Part shown: piece by piece, positions 40,544 through 53,525 of the stretch | How positions within the stretch are numbered: position 1 is the stretch's first letter | Layout: the number at the start of each line of letters is the position of its first letter | DNA from: Eledone cirrhosa | Taxonomy: Eukaryota | Assembly (NCBI GenBank): GCA_964016885.1 | Contig: OZ024742.1 | Coordinates: 277,884,001-277,948,000, forward strand | Reading direction: 5' to 3' | Length of the DNA: 64,000 bases | Notes under the pieces: model-generated | The model's input: only the letters and a program-made list of their open reading frames with translations | What the model was told of the DNA's origin: nothing | Databases searched by the model: none | Position numbers and translations under genes: made by a program

Positions 40544-40587
<44 letters not shown>

Positions 40588-41018
40588 CACACATATATAT
40601 GTATGTTTGTATATACACACACACATACACATATATATATATATGTATGTATATATTTATACACACATACTTACATACAAACACGCCAACACATAAGCAC
40701 AAGCACACACATATATAAGGGTAATTCTAAATATACCATCATTTAGAAATAGAATTATATATAGAGCGAGGAGTGAGTGAGGAGGAGGGCTAGAGGGTAA
40801 AGAAAGAATGATACGTGTAAATGTGTATGTGTGTGATTGTTCGCATTTAAGTTCTAACTGTTATTTTTCTTTGGAGTTTGAAAATGGCTAAGGAATATAA
40901 GATGTATTATAAAAACTACAAACTGCAAAACGAATGTGATACATTGGAAAGAGTGAGAACATTACGCACAAACAGATGTATGCATATGAATACATACATA
41001 CATATATATATATATATA

Positions 41019-41477
41019 TGGTATAACAAGTTATCGTTATAGGTAATCCAGTTAGAGGTTTGAGTACTCTCTATTCTGGATAGTTTTAACACACGGCTTT
41101 GTTTGATTCAACAAGATGTTTCCATAGTTAGGTAGCGAGTTCGCGAGAATTGCTATGCAGGTTATACCTGGAGTAATAATAGTGAAAGATTGAAGAATAA
41201 CATAGTCGGCTGCACAACAACGGGCTTTATTTCAATTATTAACAATTGTTTCATTGATCAGGTGAGTCTAAAGGCCGCTAATCACTCGGCCTTAAATACA
41301 GTGTTTGCCTCTGATCAAATCCTCACAATCCTAGTATTCTGAGGATCTGATCAGAAGTAAACACTGTATTTAAGGCCGAGTGACGCATCTTCGAGTGATT
41401 AGCGGCCTTTAGACTCACCTGATCAATGAAATAAGTGTTAATACTTGAAATAAAGCCCCTTGTTATTCTTCAATCTT

Positions 41478-41484
<7 letters not shown>
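41019..41484. mobile_element. Fold-back PLE remnant, family F
   Basis: Tail 41019-41178; arms about 41179-41325 and 41340-41484 with indels; (TA)n flanks. Confidence 0.8.
41334..41444 (+). ncRNA. Type I hammerhead motif with ~80-nt stem II region
   Basis: GTATT CTGAGGA tcTGATCAG...CTGATCAat GAAAT aagt GTT AATAC; the other arm reads GAAAC AATT GTT. Confidence 0.7.
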
Positions 41485-41538
<54 letters not shown>

Positions 41539-42683
41539 AAGAAGTTATATAATTTTACAACAGATTAGAAGCACTCTGCAGTGTTTATCTGGAGTATCAT
41601 TAATATTAGGAATATTAATAAATGGTAAATATCTTTATAAAACCATATTTATTTTATTATACGTATTTCAAGAGTACTAATATTTAAGTACGCTTTCGTC
41701 AGATAAAATATAATATTTGGTGTTACATATCTTCATGTGAACTTAATGGTATAAGCCCAATGAAGATAGTGATGGAAAAATTCAAAAGTCAAGGGATATA
41801 TGTTAATGAGGATAAACCCGAAAAAAGCCGTTAAATTTAGACGCTTGATAGCGAGTACATGAATAATAATACGGTCTCTTCAAATAACAATATAAGAAAA
41901 TGTAATTGCAGGAATAACATCTTATGCCCACTTATGAGAATAATTGCCTAGATAGAAATTTAGTATACAAATGCACCATAAAAACTAGGGATAGGCTGTA
42001 TAACTATATAGGAACAACTTCTTCAAACTTTAAGGAGCGTTGGTATAATCATAAACATACTTTTAAACGATCGGATAAAAAATTCTCAACCTCACTGTCA
42101 CAATTAATTTGGTCTTTGAAAGACAATAACACTGACTATTTAATCTCCTGGAGAAAAATTAAGAACGCGCCGGTTTACCAAATCTCGGCGCTCTCCCAAA
42201 TTTGTCATCTTGTATTGAAGAAATCTTTCATATAATTACCAATCCTGATATTATTAACAAAAAAAAAAAAAGAAAAAAGGAAATATTTAATTCTTCTTTA
42301 CATCGTTTCTCCAAAATATTTCACAATGTTTATAATTCATAGAACCTACTATATTATGGTATATATAATTTGCCTATTTACAATATAAATATAAATACTT
42401 TTAAAACTTAATACATAGAAACATTTCTTATACATTGTAAAAACTATTATCAAAACCATATTTACTATATGATACTCTGAAATCTTATATAAATTATTTA
42501 CTTATAATATAAATATAGTTAATAATTATTAATAATTAATTGATAGAACATTTTCCAAATATATTTAATGTATGTGTAAATGTTAGCCGAAACGTTCCCT
42601 GGCAAAGAACGGAAAAAAACGAAGATAATACGTCATTCATATTAGGACAATGGGATTGATGAGTTAATATATGTATACAACAA

Positions 42684-43400
42684 CTACAACGGTACGCGAT
42701 GGGGCCCACCCACAGTCCCGGCGGACAGAATGGAGAAGGCGTTTCCCCGGAGGACGGCAAGAGAGACGTGTTGGAAAAGCCACTCCAACTCGCGGGGCTC
42801 ACACCTGCGGCTGGCCAGCTCAGCGCCTATGGTGGTGAGTAAGGAGGTAGCCCTGGGGCCGAGGAAACCAGAAGTTTGCACTGCCAGGGGTACGACCGCA
42901 AACTTGTCGGAGAGCGACCGGTATTTGAGGAGTTTGGCCCCCTCAGCCCGACGTGCAGCAGAACCTGGGCCAGTCACAGACTGCACCAGGTTGCGGCTGC
43001 AGAAAGTGTCGGTGCAAGTGGTATCCCAGAAGATGGTCATGCCATCTGGCCTTTTGCCGTCCCCTCGATCAAGCCCCACCGGCTCGAGCTGGGAAGGGAA
43101 GCCTGCAGCGTCCAAGCCATGCTTAATAACCTCGTTGAGGACAGCATGGCGTGGAATGCGGCCGGCACTGTGGCGACAGGACAGCGGGTGGATGCCGAAA
43201 GAGCCCACGGTGGAACCGCAGCGACATTGGTGTGGCTGGCAGATCGGGAAGCCAAGCCTCAGGGAAACGCCGATTCGCAGGCTATGGTTGTCTAGCTGCG
43301 TGCCAGTGGAGAAGGAGGGCAGGGCATGGAGCCAAGCACCACTGTGGGGTTTGGAGGCCGCACGAAAACAAGCAAGGCGGTGCTGGTCGAGCTGGCGCGT
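42684..43400 (-). pseudogene. C-terminal part of a CRE-clade non-LTR ORF (zinc finger + restriction-like endonuclease)
   Basis: SGAWLHALP, LRLG..CRCG..HPLSC..RH, EP..L.R.DGKRPDG, WD, K..KY, PLAVQTSG, LRGNA; GC-rich island in AT-rich DNA. Confidence 0.85.
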
Positions 43401-43731
43401 GACACATACGATAAATATATTCGGAAAATTTTCTATCAATTAATTATTAATTGGAAACTTATTAATAATTAAGGTAAACATTGGATGAAACAATATATTG
43501 TTAAATGTTTATCGTAAGCATACATGTTACATATACTTTAAAAAAATATAATTAGTTTCACATTCTTAAAATATATGTATAAAATACATATCTATAGTTA
43601 CTTGATCTCACCTACGCTCAATTATAAATCTATGTGCATATATATACTTAAATACGATGTATATTCACGTATAATCATTTATGTACTAAATAATTCTTTA
43701 TTATTTTAATTAACGTTATATAGTAATGTCA

Positions 43732-44559
43732 TCTATATATCTAAAACAGAGAATGTCTGTCTGTCTGTCTCCCTAAAACTCGAGAACCACCCAACCAATG
43801 TTTTTCAAACTTTACACATGTAATACTTATGGTCGCGTGAGTGTTTTGAGCAAAACAATATTTCAAATTTTCAATGCCCTAGGGACTGCATTAGGCGAAA
43901 GATCGCACATTTTAGGCTTTAAAGGTGATTTCTTCAGAATGTGCGTTACTTATGACGTTTAAAGTGTTTTGAGCAAAATAGATTTTCTCATGTTTTGCCA
44001 CATGACCGCATTAGACGAAAAACAGATTTTTTGAAGCATTTTCGTTGCGTTAGGGCCTGTAACTCAAGAAGTACCCAACCGATTTTTTAAAACTTTGCAT
44101 ATGCATTACTTATGTTCCACAAATGTTCTTGACTGAAACAAATTTCAAATCTTTGTCCGGGGACCGCATTGTTTAGCATTTTGGTTACGTTAGGGCCTGT
44201 AACCTTAAAAGTATCAAATTAAATTCCTTAATGCTCTCCACCACTGCAGTCCCACATGCTTACTGCTCTGTAACTATTGCTTTCATTGTACCATAGCACA
44301 ACAAATACATGTTCGGTTTGTCGAATGCCTTTTAACTTAATCCTATCGTCTTGGCTTTCGTGGATTGAACATTTTACTCTCAGGAACCCAATTAAGTTAA
44401 ACCCCTGGTAATCTTCGACGAATTCCTTTTATAAGCACAAAAAGTAGACACCATCCTCAGGCCGAGGTATTCCGTACTTCTCTGTACTGTTTCAGAAAAG
44501 AGGGATAAACATGCCAGTCTATGTTTAGAAACCCGAGCAACGCCGGGCCATTCTGCTAG
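43732..44559 (+). mobile_element. Non-autonomous Helitron
   Basis: 5' A|TCTATATATCTAAAA followed by (GTCT)n; 3' hairpin CCCGAGC-AAC-GCCGGG then CTAG|T; internal degenerate repeats; no TSD. Confidence 0.88.
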
Positions 44560-45117
44560 TAATATACTACAATACATTATATTTTATAATTACATTCATA
44601 GTATTAAAATATATTCTGAAAAATAAATACACTCGTATATATAGGTGTAAATACGATGTATATTCCATCACATAACCACATAAATATTATATTGTAATCA
44701 TAGATTATAATTTACTACAATATATTATAATTCTCATCTAAATATTATAAATACATCCATATTCTTAAAATACATATTAAAACATAAATAAGTATAATTA
44801 TGTGATTTCTTCTAAACTCATGTATATATCTTTGGGTGTATATATCTATAAATATTTCTAAAATAAGTCTACAATAATTTTTCACCCTATAATAACAAAG
44901 CCATAAACAATAGAGATAAGGATTTTTAAAAAATGACCAAGCGTCTAAATTTAACGGATTTTCTCAGGTTTAACGTATCCTCATTAACTTTTGAATTTTT
45001 CAATCACTATCTTTATTGGGCTTATACCATTAAATTCACATGAAGATATGCCACTATCTTAACACCAAATATTAATAAAAGATATTTTCCATTTATTAAT
45101 ATTCTTAATTTTATATG

Positions 45118-45171
<54 letters not shown>

Positions 45172-45173
<2 letters not shown>

Positions 45174-45646
45174 GTTGAAGAGTAACCAATCTTAAAGAGA
45201 GAGATGGAGATAGTAGAGGAGATATGAGAGGAGAGATTGGTACCCATTTCACACAATGCAGCCTCGACAGATGAATACTGCTTGATTATGGCTGACAACT
45301 GATGCAACCAAGATACCATAGTAAAAACCAATATATGGAACATTATATTATTTAACATTATCCCATTATTTTAATTTATATTCCTTTGAATTTCCGATGA
45401 GCCACTCTGCCTTTAAATATGTTAATTATTTTCAACTGAACCAGATCAGTTATAATATATAGTCATCTGATCCAGAAATATTATATGGAGTAGCGAAACA
45501 ATTTTAAACTGACATTATTATTATTATTATTATTATTAATATTAATATTATTATTCTCTACATTCCTTACATCAAACTAAAATATGTTGACAATCTTTTA
45601 ATAATGTCTTCCTTGTGAAATTTGTGGTCTTGTTTTGCTTAACTAA

Positions 45647-45653
<7 letters not shown>
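45172..45653 (+). mobile_element. PLE remnant, family C: ~68-bp antisense tail plus sense 3' end with HHR variant (45391-45509)
   Basis: 45172-45241 matches 20708-20777; 45378-45653 is the reverse complement of 20887-21358 without the SINE. Confidence 0.8.
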
Positions 45654-45727
<74 letters not shown>

Positions 45728-45921
45728 TAATATTTATTAACTTTGTTAATATATTGTATTTTTACTTCAATAATTTGTTGAGTGCTTTATATCAGTTATA
45801 ACAATATTTGCTTGTTATATCCCAACAAATTAAATATAACTTCTACATATATATTTATATATATATATTTATATATATATTTATATATATATATAGTGAA
45901 GGCGTGTGGCTGAGTAGTGAA

Positions 45922-46130
45922 GGCGTGTGGCTGAGTAGTTAGAGAATTGGATTCACAATCTTGAGATTGTGAGTTCGATTCCTGGACCGGGCGATGCGTT
46001 ATGACCTTGAGCAAGACACTTTATTTCACGTTGCTCCTTCTACCTGGAGTTGCGACCGATAGATAGTATTAGCAACTGGAAAGACCGAGGAAACATTGTT
46101 TCCTCGGTCCGATTTGACGAAAGTCGATCG
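45922..46130 (+). mobile_element. CORE-type tRNA SINE (5' end duplicated at 45901)
   Basis: Same family as 3948. Confidence 0.88.
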
Positions 46131-46242
46131 ATTAAAAAAGAAAAAAATATATATATATACATATATATATCATATTATATGCGTATATATATATATATAT
46201 ATACGCATATAATATGATATATATATAATTTTTTTTTTTAAT

Positions 46243-46451
46243 CGATCGACTTTCGTCAAATCGGACCGAGGAAACAATGCTTCCTCGGTCTTTCCAGTTG
46301 CTAATACTATCTATCGGTCGCAACTCCAGGTAGAAGGAGCAACGTGAAATAAAGTGTCTTGCTCAAGGTCATAACGCATCGCCCGGTCCAGGAATCGAAC
46401 TCACAATCTCAAGATTGTGAATCCAATTCTCTAACTACTCAGCCACACGCC
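46243..46451 (-). mobile_element. CORE-type tRNA SINE, mirror copy
   Basis: Reverse complement of 45922-46130 with one visible substitution. Confidence 0.88.
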
Positions 46452-46482
46452 TTCACTATATATTTATATATATTTATATATT

Positions 46483-46536
<54 letters not shown>

Positions 46537-46805
46537 GTTATATTTAATTTGTTGGGATATAACAAGCAAATATTTTTATAACTGATATAAAGCACTCAAC
46601 AAATTATTAGAGTAAAAATACAATATATTAACAAAGTTAATAAATATTAATAAATATCTGAATGAAACAGTTCTAATCCCGTAGAAGCCATTTCTATATT
46701 AAAAATGTATACTCTATATGTTGAGTACATTACTTACTGTGGTTACCCCCGATTGAACCTGGGATACACACACACATATATTTATATATATATATATACA
46801 TATAT

Positions 46806-46836
<31 letters not shown>

Positions 46837-46844
46837 CATATATA

Positions 46845-47042
46845 TGAGTAAAATGAGATACATATGAATAAAATTAGTCCGTCAAACAGAGATTTGTTTA
46901 CATGTCTCGCTCGCTTCACCCTATTTTACGTGTCCCAATAACTTTTTTTAGTTACTGCTCGCACAAACCAGAGGTATATGATCTTTAATGCGAAGAAATA
47001 CCAATAGGTTGGAAGAACACTGACGGACTAATTTTATTCATA
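46845..47042 (+). mobile_element. Mini element, family H: short tail, 23-bp inverted repeat and 3' end
   Basis: ATATGAATAAAATTAGTCCGTCA versus TGACGGACTAATTTTATTCATAT; body matches 22085-22222. Confidence 0.65.
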
Positions 47043-47106
47043 TATATATATATATATATTCAATGATATTAAATAAATGGAAACTATATTTATAAAACCA
47101 TATTTA

Positions 47107-47162
47107 TTCTATTATATATATTTCAAGGGTACCAAATCCTTGGTACGCTCTCGTCAGATGAA
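47107..47162 (-). ncRNA. Type I hammerhead ribozyme
   Basis: AT CTGACGA gagcGTACCAA ggat TTGGTACcctt GAAA TATATA TA ATAGA. Confidence 0.75.
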
Positions 47163-49429
47163 ATAAAACTTTGTTTTATAAATATTGACAAAACCAGAAA
47201 AAAATACCTTAACGGTTCAAGGGTTTCCTGGATAGTGAAGGAAAAGAGAAGAAAAGTCAATATTTCAAATTATTAAGATGAGTATGCAAATGAGGTTGAG
47301 GTATAGGGCTGCAAAAACGTTATTTTTAGACGCTATGTAGATTTAAATAATTAAAATATATGTATGTATGAGTAGGAAGAAGAAAAAGAAAGAAAGAAAA
47401 GCTTATATTTACGTTAATTTAAAAAGAATTAATAATTTGTAGGAATAGTGGGATATGATTCCAGAATTTAAAAATTATTTGGCTATATTATGAGTTATAA
47501 TATAGTTTATATAATCAATTAGATTATATGAATAATTATGGTTGTAAGTACATTTTATCTTATTACATTACAACAGGTTGTTAGTATATAAATATCTATA
47601 TACATTAATAATTGTGCATGTATAAGTATTATTGGTGATTTTATAGAAATAGAAATAAGTCAAAATTATTAGTTGTTTACATTTCTCATATGAGTTACGA
47701 AGGAGTTGATTTTGCATTTTACATAAAAAACACGTAGTTCAAGTTGTAAGAGGAGAACAATTTGTAGATTCAAATATTTTGTTCCAACATTGAAAATGTT
47801 TTCAGAATATTGTTAATTTAACGAAGTTATATAGTTTATCATACATATTATAATGTTTATGTTTGCTCAATTGAAAAGGAAAAGGAAAGGAAAAGGAAAA
47901 GGAAAAGTTAACTCCAATCTTGTTTGCTAACCGTTAAATTTGATGAATGATTTACTCAGAAAATATATAGAGAAAATTATATATTATTTTGTGTGAGATC
48001 AATTTTTCAAGGATGAGAGTTTCAATTATATATTATTTTAGTCGAAAGATGTGTTTGAAGATCAAAGAAGAGGAAAAAAGTATTGTGCATTTCAAAGAAC
48101 TATCGTAAAGAGGATAACTTTCAGAATGTCAATTAAAGATTATCAATCTACATCTAAAAAAATAGATTTAGAGGAGTATCATTAAGAAAATAATGTCAAA
48201 TGGTAAAAATATTAAAATATTAAAATTAAAAATACTTCTGAAAGTGGAATTTTGGCGATGTCTGCAACTAGAAAATAATTCTGTTTTAAGAGTAATAGAA
48301 TTTTGACAGTTAATTATATAAAAAATCTCCTCGATACACAAGTTACAGAATCTTGAGAAAGCCATATTTCGGTATGCAGGTGCTTTCGAAATCGTTCCCC
48401 AAGATATTGAATAGTCTATTTTGTTGTCTTTTAAATTCCAAATTAAATGTGAAAGTGAAGTGGAAGATATTTTATCGGATCTATTAAATGTATGTTTATG
48501 GTTATTCCAGCGTTCTTTGAACTTTGTAGAAGTGGCACCAATATAGTTAAATATTTTGTCTCTAGTTTTAACTATGCATTTATAAATTCCGTTTTTGTCT
48601 AAGCAATTAATTGTAAAGGGCAGTTTGATTTATTTCTACAGTTAGATTTTCTGGAGTTGTTATTCGGACCGGTACTATTATTATGAATATTGTATTAGAA
48701 TTATTATTATTGCTATCTTGGTTTGTTTGGTTAGGGTTTAAATTTAAGTTTATATTATTAATTTTATTTATATTTTGAGCTATGTTCATAGTAGTAGAGT
48801 AGGATAGTTTTATAGTGTGTCTGTTAAAAATAGAGTGGTATCTGTGGGCTTTAGGAAAACACTTATCTAGTGCTTTAAAAATAGCTTTGCTAAAGGTGTC
48901 TTAACGCTTAATGAGAATGGGGGAGAGTACCAAATAATATTTCTAGTTCTAGTTTTTTTGTTTGGTTTACTATTTAAGTTGAATTGTTTATTGTTATTAT
49001 AATGAATTCTAGGATGATTAGTCGTGTTATTGTTATCTATGAATTTAATTTTATTCGAGTATCCTGCTCTATGCAAAGCCTGATTGTAATATTATGCCTT
49101 ATCATCAAAGATATTTTTATTAGCAGAGATGCGTGAAATCGGTTGTTGAACGCTATAGACAATGGTGTTTTTTTATATTTCTAGGATGATTAGAATTGAA
49201 ACCTACGTAATTTAGATTTTCGTTAATTTCATGGAATGGATAGTAAAGACCCGTGCTTACTAAAAATAACGTTTTTTTCAGCCCTATACCTCAACTTTAT
49301 TTGCATACTCATCTTAATAATTTGAAATATCTGACTTGTCTTCTCTTTTCCTTCACTATCCAGGAAAAACTTGAACCGTTAAGGTATTTTTTTCTGGTTA
49401 TGTCAATATTTATAAAACAAACTTTATAT

Positions 49430-49484
49430 TTTATCTGATGAGGGCGTACCAAAGTTTTGGTACCCTTGAAATATACATAATAGA
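49430..49484 (+). ncRNA. Type I hammerhead ribozyme
   Basis: TTTAT CTGATGA GGGcGTACCAA agtt TTGGTACCCTT GAAA TATACA TA ATAGA. Confidence 0.82.
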
Positions 49485-49611
49485 ATAAATATGGTTTTAT
49501 AAATACAGTTTCCATTTATTTAATATCATTGATTATACTCCAGAAAACTTGTCGAATGCTTTGAATCAGTTATAAACATTTATATTTGTTGAATTACCAA
49601 CAAACTTTGCT

Positions 49612-50139
<528 letters not shown>

Positions 50140-50145
50140 ATATAT

Positions 50146-50690
50146 ATTGTTATACTTTAGGAGGGCAATGCTGCCAATAACAATACGCACTAGATGAGTT
50201 TCACTACAATTTATTATGATAATTCTTCGTCGCTTAGTTTAATAGAAAATGGTTGTTTAGTTATTAATTGGCGAAGCTCTATCGTCACACATTCTGTGCC
50301 ATCTTCAATGACTACTTCTGTTACCTTGCGTCTCCGCTTTGTTCTGTTTTACGCCATCTTGTGCCTAGACTGCGAAAGTGTTACATACAGGTATGTGAGT
50401 TTTTTCTCTCTTCTCTCTTTCCTACATTATTTAGTTGTTATTCTGATTTTTGTATTCGTCTGTTATTCTGATATTTGTATTCGATGTGTGCATTTGTCTT
50501 TTTTTGGTGTGTATTTTGGTGTCTATTTTTGTGTCGTATTAGTTTGTTCTGTGTATCTTTATATTGTCCTAAGGGGTTGTTATTATTACACAAATGCTTT
50601 CTATTTAATTTTGGTCGAAGCTCATTTATATTTGTAGCTTCTACAATCTGTCGGAGCATTACATCTGTTCGGTGTGTAGACATAATTTAT
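50146..50690 (-). mobile_element. Diverged PLE family A 3' fragment including the GIY-YIG C-terminus
   Basis: STHRTDVMLRQIVEATNINELRPKLNRK aligns with STHKKDAMFRQITEAVSIKELKPKLNRK at 57338-57628. Confidence 0.8.
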
Positions 50691-50859
50691 ATATATATTA
50701 TAGGTGAATGACTAAAGTCTTAGAGAGCTCAAATCAGTTATTCGTTTCAACGATCGTTTCGAGTTATTGAAATGCAATTGTGGTCATCTGCAACAATGAT
50801 GAACTGGACTCTCGCATTCCATCAGTCAAGGTCCAGCCATTTGATAGTAACACCCCAAC

Positions 50860-51335
50860 TTCAGGCAGTAAAACAAACTGTAGAAGTCCTACCATTTATT
50901 TTAATCCACCTTATCGTAAGCATATAGCTTCAAAGATACCTAAATGGTTCTTTAGTATTCTTGATTATAACTTTCTGAAATCATATAAGTACTAAGTACC
51001 ACAAATTGCTAAATATAAAGGTTATTAAACTTTTCTTCTCAATGACGTTTAATTTAGCAGATTATTTAATCTCTAGCAACAGCAAAAAACCTGATTAAGT
51101 AAAATACTATATCCGACAATTTAGCTAACTCTACCAGAACAACTGCACGGAGCACCAGGGGTAAAATCTACGCTTGTCGAAGTGAAAACATTTAAAATAA
51201 CTTTAATACTGTTTATATACGTAACCATATAGCTAACTCCAACTGAAGGTTGCCCTCTTAATAGCAATTGCCTATTAACTCTGAATTGAATTATTATGCT
51301 CCGTGACTGATACATTGAGCTTTAACGAACTTGGT
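50860..51335 (+). mobile_element. Decayed Naiad-like PLE fragment
   Basis: IYFNPPY..KIPKWFFSILDYNF; GCPLNSNCL. Confidence 0.65.
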
Positions 51336-51450
51336 AATACATGAGTGTTCTATCCACTTCTATTGATTCTCCCTCCCCCACTCTCTCTCTATATATAGAC
51401 GTGTATATATTTTGAACACACACACACACGCACACACACGCACGCACACA

Positions 51451-51579
<129 letters not shown>

Positions 51580-52377
51580 GCTATCTTACAAATTTTCCTA
51601 TTGTACACTCTGAATTATAGCTTGAATTTTCTCATTTGTAAGCCTGTGATTGAGTAGGGTCCGCAGCTCGCTGAAATAAATTTTGGTGAACTTCGTAAAC
51701 TGCAATTTTACTCCCAGTTTAGCTGCCTTGCTTCCTGTATAATTTGAACATTTCTATTTTATATTGGCTGTTTGGTTTGCAGCTCGGCCCTTGCGTGTAT
51801 ACATGCTTAAAACTGGTTGAGTGCTTTTGAGGGGTGGGAATTCCATTTTTTTAAATTCAACCAACTAAAACGTGTTTTTCTCAAGAGTGGCCTTCCTCTT
51901 TTTTTGGACGTCACGTATCACGATAGCATCGAACTGCTAGAATCAGCAAGGGTAGGATTCTGTGTAGCTGTGTTTATTTGGAACACCAAATCCCTGGAGA
52001 GGCATTCCTGCTGAAGACACGCTGCAGCCCCATTGCATAGTATCTGCCGAGATAAGCAATTCTCAGAATGCTTTGCAGGAATGAGATCCGTTCATGAATT
52101 TGATATTGAAGTATCCTTACCAAAAGTACTGTCATCTTACTAATTAACTATTGTGTACACTGAATAATAGCTTGCATAGTCTATTATTCAACTGAGTGGG
52201 GGACCTTTGTAAACTGTGTGTATATATAACCCACACGCATTCACACACTCTCATATATATATATATATATATATATAAAAACATACGCGCTCACACACAC
52301 TACACACATACATATACATACACACGCACTCAGACACTCACTACACACACACACACACACGCACGCACACACGCACG

Positions 52378-52441
<64 letters not shown>

Positions 52442-52577
52442 CTATTAGATATTAGCTGCCCGACAAACATCGTATCTAATTCTATTTAATCAAAATAAGC
52501 TCTTGACACCTTTTTCTCGGTGAAGTGGTTTGTACTGGATTATTTTACATCATTCTCTCTCTCTTTTTCACTCTCTT

Positions 52578-52634
<57 letters not shown>

Positions 52635-52677
52635 ATAATAATATTGCCAGAACATATCAAAAATCTTGCAAAACAAA

Positions 52678-52732
<55 letters not shown>

Positions 52733-52733
<1 letters not shown>

Positions 52734-53300
52734 TAAGTTATTCCAGGTTGAATCGGAGGTAACCACAGTAAGTAAGGTACTCAATACATAGCAGAGTATA
52801 AAAGTTTTAATATAGATGAGATTCTACAGGACTAGAACTGTTTCATTCTTTAGAAATCATCAGGAATCTGGCTTTCCAAAAATAAATGTGGTATTTATAT
52901 CTTTTCATTGTGGTAGGAGAGGGTGGAGAGTGGGATGGGTGGAGGTCATTGGTTGAAAGAAAAGGGAATTCATTAAAATCTAATTCTTTAAGGCTATTAT
53001 TTATATTTAGAGTGACAAAGGCAGAAAGAATTCTATAAACAAGTTCAGAATGAGGTGCCAATCCTTATTTTTAGGTTTCTCTTAGGCTAACAATGCCTAT
53101 ATTTCAGGTGTCTATAAGATGGTTGGGGGTCGGTCATGGTTGATGGATTTAAAGAAAAGGGAAATTCTTTAAAAGGTAATTCTTTAAAGCTCTACTTAGA
53201 GTGACAAAGGCCAAGAGAATTCTATAGACCAGTTCAAAATATTGGGTGCCTATCATATCATTATTGTCATATTTCTCTTAAGCTATATTCCAGGTGTCAA
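52733..53300 (-). mobile_element. PLE family D pLTR fragment with HHR-like motif and internal ~190-bp tandem duplication
   Basis: Minus-strand CTGATGA tTTCT aa AGAAt GAAAC A GTT at about 52835-52864; TTAGAGTGACAAAGGC..GAATTCTATA occurs twice. Confidence 0.6.
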
Positions 53301-53315
53301 CAGATACATTCACAT

Positions 53316-53350
<35 letters not shown>

Positions 53351-53466
53351 CATACATATTAATATACACATATATATAAACATATACAAACACATCTACA
53401 AAAATACACATATATACAAAATACATAAACACATACACAAATATATATATATATATATATATATAC

Positions 53467-53521
<55 letters not shown>

Positions 53522-53525
<4 letters not shown>

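Larger units (their letters stand above)
41535..45115 (+). mobile_element. 5'-truncated AT-rich Naiad-like PLE with inverted pLTR, carrying nested CRE and Helitron insertions
   Basis: 41610-41847 inverted at 44938-45110; GIY-YIG remnant 41890-42330 (CNCR, NLVYKC, YNYIGTT, FKERWYNH); HHR on the minus strand at about 41652-41708. Confidence 0.85.
45720..46657. repeat. ~940-bp inverted duplication centred on (TA)10 (46184-46203)
   Basis: A PLE-tail fragment, a TA tract and a whole SINE are each mirrored. Confidence 0.92.
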
